This document shows positions 59,136 through 64,000 of a stretch of 64,000 nucleotides of DNA, one piece after another. Made by a program: the position numbers and the translations under genes. Position 1 is the stretch's first letter. Each line of letters opens with the position of its first letter. The DNA comes from Candidatus Omnitrophota bacterium. GTDB lineage: Bacteria; Omnitrophota; Gorgyraeia; B26-G9. Location of the stretch: contig JAZDHZ010000033.1 in NCBI GenBank assembly GCA_043805415.1, positions 153,600 to 217,599 on the forward strand. The letters are read 5' to 3'. The notes under the pieces are model-generated. The model made no database searches and had not been told where the DNA came from. It worked only from the letters and a program-made list of their open reading frames with translations.

Positions 59136-61814
59136 ATGGAAGAGCTTGCTAAGAAATATGATTTTAAGGATATTGAGGAAAAACAGTATCAAGCATGTGA
59201 GAAAAATTTATTTTTTCACGGAAAAGTTGACCCTGCGAAAAAACCTTTTTCAATTGTAATTCCGCCGCCGAATGTAACCGGAATTCTGCATATGGGCCAC
59301 GCGCTGAATAATACGATTCAGGATATCCTGATTCGCTATAAAAAAATGGCTGGGTTTGAAACTCTCTGGATGCCGGGAACTGATCATGCCGGGATTGCTA
59401 CCCAGAATGTGGTTGAGCGAAAATTAGCCAAAGACAATCTGACGCGGGATGATATTGGCCGGGAAAAGTTTCTGGAACAGGTATGGGATTGGAAACAGGA
59501 ATACGGCTCGACAATAATCAAGCAGTTAAGAAGTCTGGCTTGTGCTTGTGATTGGCAAAGAACAAGATTTACCATGGATCAAGGGTATAGCGATGCTGTG
59601 CTTGAAGTGTTTATCCGCTTGTATGACAAAGGACTTATCTATCGGGGTAATCGGATAATTAACTGGTGTCCTCGCTGCCAGACCGCGCTTTCTGATGAAG
59701 AAGCTCCGCATAAGGATATGGAAGGATTTCTCTATTATATAAAATATCCGCTTAAAGATTCTAAACAATTTCTTACTGTGGCAACTACCCGCCCGGAGAC
59801 AATGCTCGGAGATACAGCGGTCGCGGTTAATCCTGAAGATGAGCGGTATAAACAGCTTATTGGTAAAACCATAATCCTGCCTTTGATGCAAAGAGAAATT
59901 AAAATAATTGCTGATGAGTTTGTTGATCCGATATTCGGCACCGGCGCGGTTAAAGTTACTCCTGCCCATGATCCCAATGACTATGCCATGGGCAAAAGAC
60001 ATAATCTGGAATTTATTAATATATTACATCCTGATGGAACCTGTAATGAAAATGCCGGTGAATATAGCGGAATAGACCGATTTGAGGCTCGCCAAGCAAT
60101 AATTGAAGATTTAAAGCAACTAAAACTTTTAGAAAAAATTGAAGCTCACGCGCATGCTGTGGGACATTGTTACCGTTGTCATACGGTGATCGAGCCTTAT
60201 TATTCCAAACAATGGTTTGTGAGCATGAAACCCCTGTCTATCCCGGCGACTGAGGCGGTCCAAGACGGAAGAATTAAATTTCATCCCGATAGATGGACAA
60301 AGGTTTATTTAAACTGGATGGAAAATATTCAGGATTGGTGTATTTCTCGCCAGATTTGGTGGGGGCATAGGCTGCCGGTTTATTATTGTCCGGTTTGTGA
60401 GGATGAGAATGATTATAAAAAAGGGGTTTATGTTTCCAGAAAAAAACTGAAAAAATGCCCTGATTGCGGATCAGAAGCAATAATCCAGGATCCGGATGTT
60501 TTGGATACCTGGTTTTCCAGCTGGCTGTGGCCGTTTGCTACTTTTGGCTGGCCGTTTTTAGATTCAGAACAAGCTGATATCCAAAAAAAAGAACTAGCTT
60601 ATTTTTATCCCACAGCCGTGCTGGTGACCGCGCCGGAGATTATTTTTTTCTGGGTGGCGCGAATGATTATGGCGGGGTTTGAATTTATCAAAGATATTCC
60701 GTTTAAAGATGTTTATATCCATGGAACCGTGCGTGATGATTCCGGCAAAAAAATGTCAAAATCATTGGGTAATAGTATTGATCCTCTGGAAATTATTGCT
60801 GATTATGGAACTGATGCCTTGCGCTTCAGCTTAATCTCAATTGCCTCGATGGGGCAGGATGTATATCTGGCCAAAGAAAAGTTTGAATTCGGCAGGAATT
60901 TCTGCAATAAAATATGGAACGCGTCGCGGTTTATTTTGATGAATTTTAACGGCTTTGATGCTTCTCAAGAAAAACTTCCGGCTAAGCCGGAGCTTAATCT
61001 GGCTGATGCCTGGATTTTGAGCCGGTTTAATTCAACCCTGAACAAACTTAATAGTTCGCTTAGCCAATACAAACTGAATGAAGCGGTAAATATTGTCTAT
61101 GAATTTTTTTGGCATCAGTTTTGCGATTGGTATATTGAATTTTCTAAATTAAATATTGAGAGTATCGCGACCAAAACAGTTCTGTATAATGTTCTGGAAA
61201 AAAGTTTGCGGATAATGCATCCGTTTATGCCGCTGATTACTGATGAGATCTGGCAAAAGGTTACCGGCAATAATATATCAATATTATCCCAGTCTTGGCC
61301 TCTAGTCGCTGAGAATTATATCGATGAGAACCTGGAAAAAGAAATGCGGCTGGTTATGGATGTTTGCGTGAAAATAAGAAATCTAAGGAGTGAAAATGAT
61401 ATTAAACCAAAAGATAAGGTTGATATCTGTATTTATCCTGAAAATAAGCAAGCCGCGAATATTCTGCGGAAAAATTCAGTATATTTAATCAATCTGGCTA
61501 AAGTCGAAAAGCTAAGTTTTGCCCAGAAAGAGGATCTTTCAACATCAATAAATCCAACTGCCTCAGCTGAAGGTTGTGTGGTTATGATGAGCGCCCAGAC
61601 AGATGAGACTTTTGATCCGGAAAAAGAAAAGCAGAAAATTGAGACTCAGATAAAAGAGTTGAATCAGTATATAATCCGTAAACATAAACTTCTTGGTAAT
61701 GAGAATTATTTAAAAAAAGCACCAGTGGATGTTGTGGAGAAAGAAAAGCAAAGTGTCCTGGAATTAAAACAGGAAATAGAAAAATTAGAGAAAATTAAAA
61801 GTGCGCTCAATTAA
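59136..61814 (+). CDS. valS: valine--tRNA ligase
   Basis: PPPNVTGILHMGHALN (HIGH), KMSKS, C-terminal coiled coil; 892 aa. Confidence 0.9.
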   Translation: MEELAKKYDFKDIEEKQYQACEKNLFFHGKVDPAKKPFSIVIPPPNVTGILHMGHALNNTIQDILIRYKKMAGFETLWMPGTDHAGIATQNVVERKLAKDNLTRDDIGREKFLEQVWDWKQEYGSTIIKQLRSLACACDWQRTRFTMDQGYSDAVLEVFIRLYDKGLIYRGNRIINWCPRCQTALSDEEAPHKDMEGFLYYIKYPLKDSKQFLTVATTRPETMLGDTAVAVNPEDERYKQLIGKTIILPLMQREIKIIADEFVDPIFGTGAVKVTPAHDPNDYAMGKRHNLEFINILHPDGTCNENAGEYSGIDRFEARQAIIEDLKQLKLLEKIEAHAHAVGHCYRCHTVIEPYYSKQWFVSMKPLSIPATEAVQDGRIKFHPDRWTKVYLNWMENIQDWCISRQIWWGHRLPVYYCPVCEDENDYKKGVYVSRKKLKKCPDCGSEAIIQDPDVLDTWFSSWLWPFATFGWPFLDSEQADIQKKELAYFYPTAVLVTAPEIIFFWVARMIMAGFEFIKDIPFKDVYIHGTVRDDSGKKMSKSLGNSIDPLEIIADYGTDALRFSLISIASMGQDVYLAKEKFEFGRNFCNKIWNASRFILMNFNGFDASQEKLPAKPELNLADAWILSRFNSTLNKLNSSLSQYKLNEAVNIVYEFFWHQFCDWYIEFSKLNIESIATKTVLYNVLEKSLRIMHPFMPLITDEIWQKVTGNNISILSQSWPLVAENYIDENLEKEMRLVMDVCVKIRNLRSENDIKPKDKVDICIYPENKQAANILRKNSVYLINLAKVEKLSFAQKEDLSTSINPTASAEGCVVMMSAQTDETFDPEKEKQKIETQIKELNQYIIRKHKLLGNENYLKKAPVDVVEKEKQSVLELKQEIEKLEKIKSALN

Positions 61815-62685
61815 AAGAAAACCTCAAGTAGTATCAGATATTTCAATGATTGTCAGTAATGCTTTATCCGAGGATATCGGTGCCGGCGATATTACCTGTT
61901 ACGCGGTTATTGATAATGATCTGATCATCAAGGCAGATATTTTTGCCAAAGAAAAAGAGATTGTTGTTTGCGGGCTTGAGATTGTTAAAGAAGTATTTGC
62001 CCAAATTGATCGAAAAGTGAAAATTAAGTTTAATGTTTTGGAAGGCAGTTTTTTAACCGCGAAAAAATCAATCTGTACGATAACCGGTCCGGCCGCGAGT
62101 ATTTTAAAAGGGGAAAGAACAGCGCTTAATTTCCTGGGCAGACTATCGGGCATTGCTACTCAAACAAGAAAAATTACTCAAAAGATTAAAAAATATAAAG
62201 CGCGAGTGCTGGATACGAGAAAAACAACTCCGGGTTTGCGGATTCTAGAAAAATACGCGGTTAAAACCGGAGGCGGAGAAAATCACCGGTTTGGTTTATT
62301 TGATCAAGTATTGATTAAAGATAATCATATTCAGATTATGCGAAATGTTGCTCAATCTGCTGATTTATGTGATATTATAAACCAGGTACGCAAAAAAGTA
62401 GCTAAAGGCACAATTATTGAGATTGAAGTCAGCAGCCTTGCAGAGCTAAAAGATGCATTGCGCGGCAAGCCGGATATTATCATGCTGGATAATATGAACG
62501 TAAACTCAATGAAAAATGCTGTAGGTTTTAGGAATAAGCTGAATAAACAGATTAAGCTCGAAGCATCGGGAAATGTTACAGAAAAAACTATTGAAAGTAT
62601 TGCTGGATGCGGGGTTGATTTTATTTCTTTGGGAGCATTAACCCATTCGGTTAAATGTATTGATTTTAGTTTAAAAACAAAATAG
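61801..62685 (+). CDS. nadC: nicotinate-nucleotide pyrophosphorylase (quinolinate phosphoribosyltransferase)
   Basis: GERTALNFLGRLSGIAT...LDTRKTTPGLRILEKYAVKTGGGENHRFGLFD; GTG start overlapping valS (alternative ATG 61846). Confidence 0.85.
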   Translation: MRSIKRKPQVVSDISMIVSNALSEDIGAGDITCYAVIDNDLIIKADIFAKEKEIVVCGLEIVKEVFAQIDRKVKIKFNVLEGSFLTAKKSICTITGPAASILKGERTALNFLGRLSGIATQTRKITQKIKKYKARVLDTRKTTPGLRILEKYAVKTGGGENHRFGLFDQVLIKDNHIQIMRNVAQSADLCDIINQVRKKVAKGTIIEIEVSSLAELKDALRGKPDIIMLDNMNVNSMKNAVGFRNKLNKQIKLEASGNVTEKTIESIAGCGVDFISLGALTHSVKCIDFSLKTK

Positions 62686-62708
62686 AATTTATATATAAGG
62701 AGATCTTT

Positions 62709-63782
62709 ATGGATCTAAGAAAGTTGTTGGAAATAGCGGTGGAAAGCAATGCCTCCGATTTGCATCTTGTGGTCGGATCTCCTCCAACTTTGCGAATTGA
62801 TGGAGAGCTTCTCCCCATGGAAATGGAAGCTTTGACCGGGGAAAAGTCAAAAGAACTGATTTATACCATTCTGAATGAAGTTCAGGTTGAAAAATTTGAA
62901 CAAGATTGGGAGCTTGATTTTTCCATAGCGCTTGTGGGAATTAGTCGTTTTCGAGTGAATATTTATATTTCCAAAGATTGTGTTGAGGCAGCTTTCCGGG
63001 TGGTTGGGTTAAGGATTAGAACTCCTGAGGAATTAGGCTTACCTCCGGTAGTTTTAGAGTTTTGCCGCAAACGCGCCGGCTTAGTGCTGGTTACCGGACC
63101 GACTGGGGTGGGTAAGACAACAACAATGAATTCAATGATTGATATTATAAACCGCGATCGTTCAGACCGGGTAATCATAATTGAAGATCCAATTGAATAT
63201 ATCCATGAACATAAAAAAAGTGTAATTATTCAAAGAGAAGTATATTCTGATACTAAAAGTTTCGGCAACGCGCTTATCCATACTTTAAGACAAGATCCGG
63301 ATGTTATTTGTGTTGGCGAGATGCGCGATCTGGAAACAATTTCAACTGCCTTGACCGCTGCTGAGACCGGACATTTAGTTTTAGCGACATTACATACTCC
63401 AGACGCGACTCAGACTATTGACCGGATTATTGATGTTTTTCCACCCCATGCCCAACAGCAGATCCGAATGGTTTTAGCTAATGCCTTAGAAGGAGTTATA
63501 TCGCAGCAATTGCTTCCGCGGATTGACGGTAAGGGCAGAGTTTGCGCGACCGAGATTTTGGTTGCCTGTCCAGCATTGCGTAATGTAATCCGAGAAGCTA
63601 AAACTGAGCAAATCCCGACAATTATGCAGACTAACGCGGAATTAGGAATGCAGCTTATGGATACATCACTTAAGGATTTATATTGTAAGGGTGTGGTTAG
63701 TTATGAAACCGCATTGAGCCGGGTTAAAGATATTTCTCATTTTAAAACATTATTAGCAAAAACAGGAAAGTCGTTTCGTTAA
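62709..63782 (+). CDS. pilT: type IV pilus retraction ATPase PilT
   Basis: GPTGVGKTTT Walker A, VGEMRDLETI, ATLHT His box. Confidence 0.85.
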   Translation: MDLRKLLEIAVESNASDLHLVVGSPPTLRIDGELLPMEMEALTGEKSKELIYTILNEVQVEKFEQDWELDFSIALVGISRFRVNIYISKDCVEAAFRVVGLRIRTPEELGLPPVVLEFCRKRAGLVLVTGPTGVGKTTTMNSMIDIINRDRSDRVIIIEDPIEYIHEHKKSVIIQREVYSDTKSFGNALIHTLRQDPDVICVGEMRDLETISTALTAAETGHLVLATLHTPDATQTIDRIIDVFPPHAQQQIRMVLANALEGVISQQLLPRIDGKGRVCATEILVACPALRNVIREAKTEQIPTIMQTNAELGMQLMDTSLKDLYCKGVVSYETALSRVKDISHFKTLLAKTGKSFR

Positions 63783-63785
63783 AAA

Positions 63786-64000
63786 ATGCGTGCTTTTGAA
63801 TTAGTCAGTCCGTTTAAGCCTGCCGGTGACCAGCCGCAGGCAATAGCTGAGCTGACTAATGCTATTAAACAAAAAGACAAGTTTACAACTCTCCTGGGAG
63901 TAACCGGCAGCGGTAAGACCTTTACCATGGCCTCGGTGATTGCTGAGCTTAATCGTCCGACCCTGATCATCTCGCATAATAAAACTCTGGCCGCGCAGCT
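63786..64000 (+). CDS. uvrB: excinuclease ABC subunit B (5' partial, runs off window)
   Basis: [11 protein letters not shown]...[14 protein letters not shown]. Confidence 0.85.
   Translation, partial: MRAFELVSPFKPAGDQPQAIAELTNAIKQKDKFTTLLGVTGSGKTFTMASVIAELNRPTLIISHNKTLAAQ

Overview
This window is low-GC bacterial chromosome, almost entirely plus-strand and tightly packed (frequent ATGA/TGA-ATG overlaps). It looks like an uncultivated lineage with giant cell-surface genes.

Housekeeping backbone, in order: HD-GYP (minus strand), HAD hydrolase, PilZ, aroK, metF, an NIF3-like gene with dnaG and rpoD, two tRNAs (Val-CAC, Met/Ile2-CAT) carrying duplicated promoter modules, a DUF164 zinc-ribbon gene, rnhA overlapping an RNase P RNA gene, an SGNH hydrolase, and a four-gene RND efflux operon (TolC-like OMF with an N-terminal AMIN-like module, MFP, two tandem AcrB-family permeases). 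After these come an AddA-like helicase-nuclease, a lipoprotein and an AddB-like nuclease.

At about 30.6-42.7 kb sits a ~12-kb accessory island bracketed by an ~90-bp direct repeat of the addB 3' end. It carries a 2200-aa secreted RHS/YD polymorphic toxin with a teneurin-like domain order and a novel C-terminal tip, plus a putative immunity gene. It also carries an orphan rhs C-terminal cassette with its own small membrane-protein partner, a third rhs remnant, a 282-aa hypothetical, two diverged IS200-like (HUH Y1) transposases fused to a DnaA-C-like HTH, and a solo element end. Each transposase is flanked by GGGTCAGACC-core terminal inverted repeats and short tandem repeat arrays.

Downstream: yajC-secDF, an isolated rnfE-rnfA pair, a DUF502 gene, a GT28 glycolipid synthase, UDG family 4, a Xer recombinase, tRNA-Arg(CCG), a DHH-DHHA1-CBS2-poly(A)/CCA nucleotidyltransferase fusion, rbfA, nrnA, truB, ribF, lysC, cimA, valS, nadC, pilT, and the start of uvrB.

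The most interesting system is the RHS toxin/immunity shuffling locus with its TIR-flanked Y1-transposase/DnaA-C elements, integrated at the addB 3' end.
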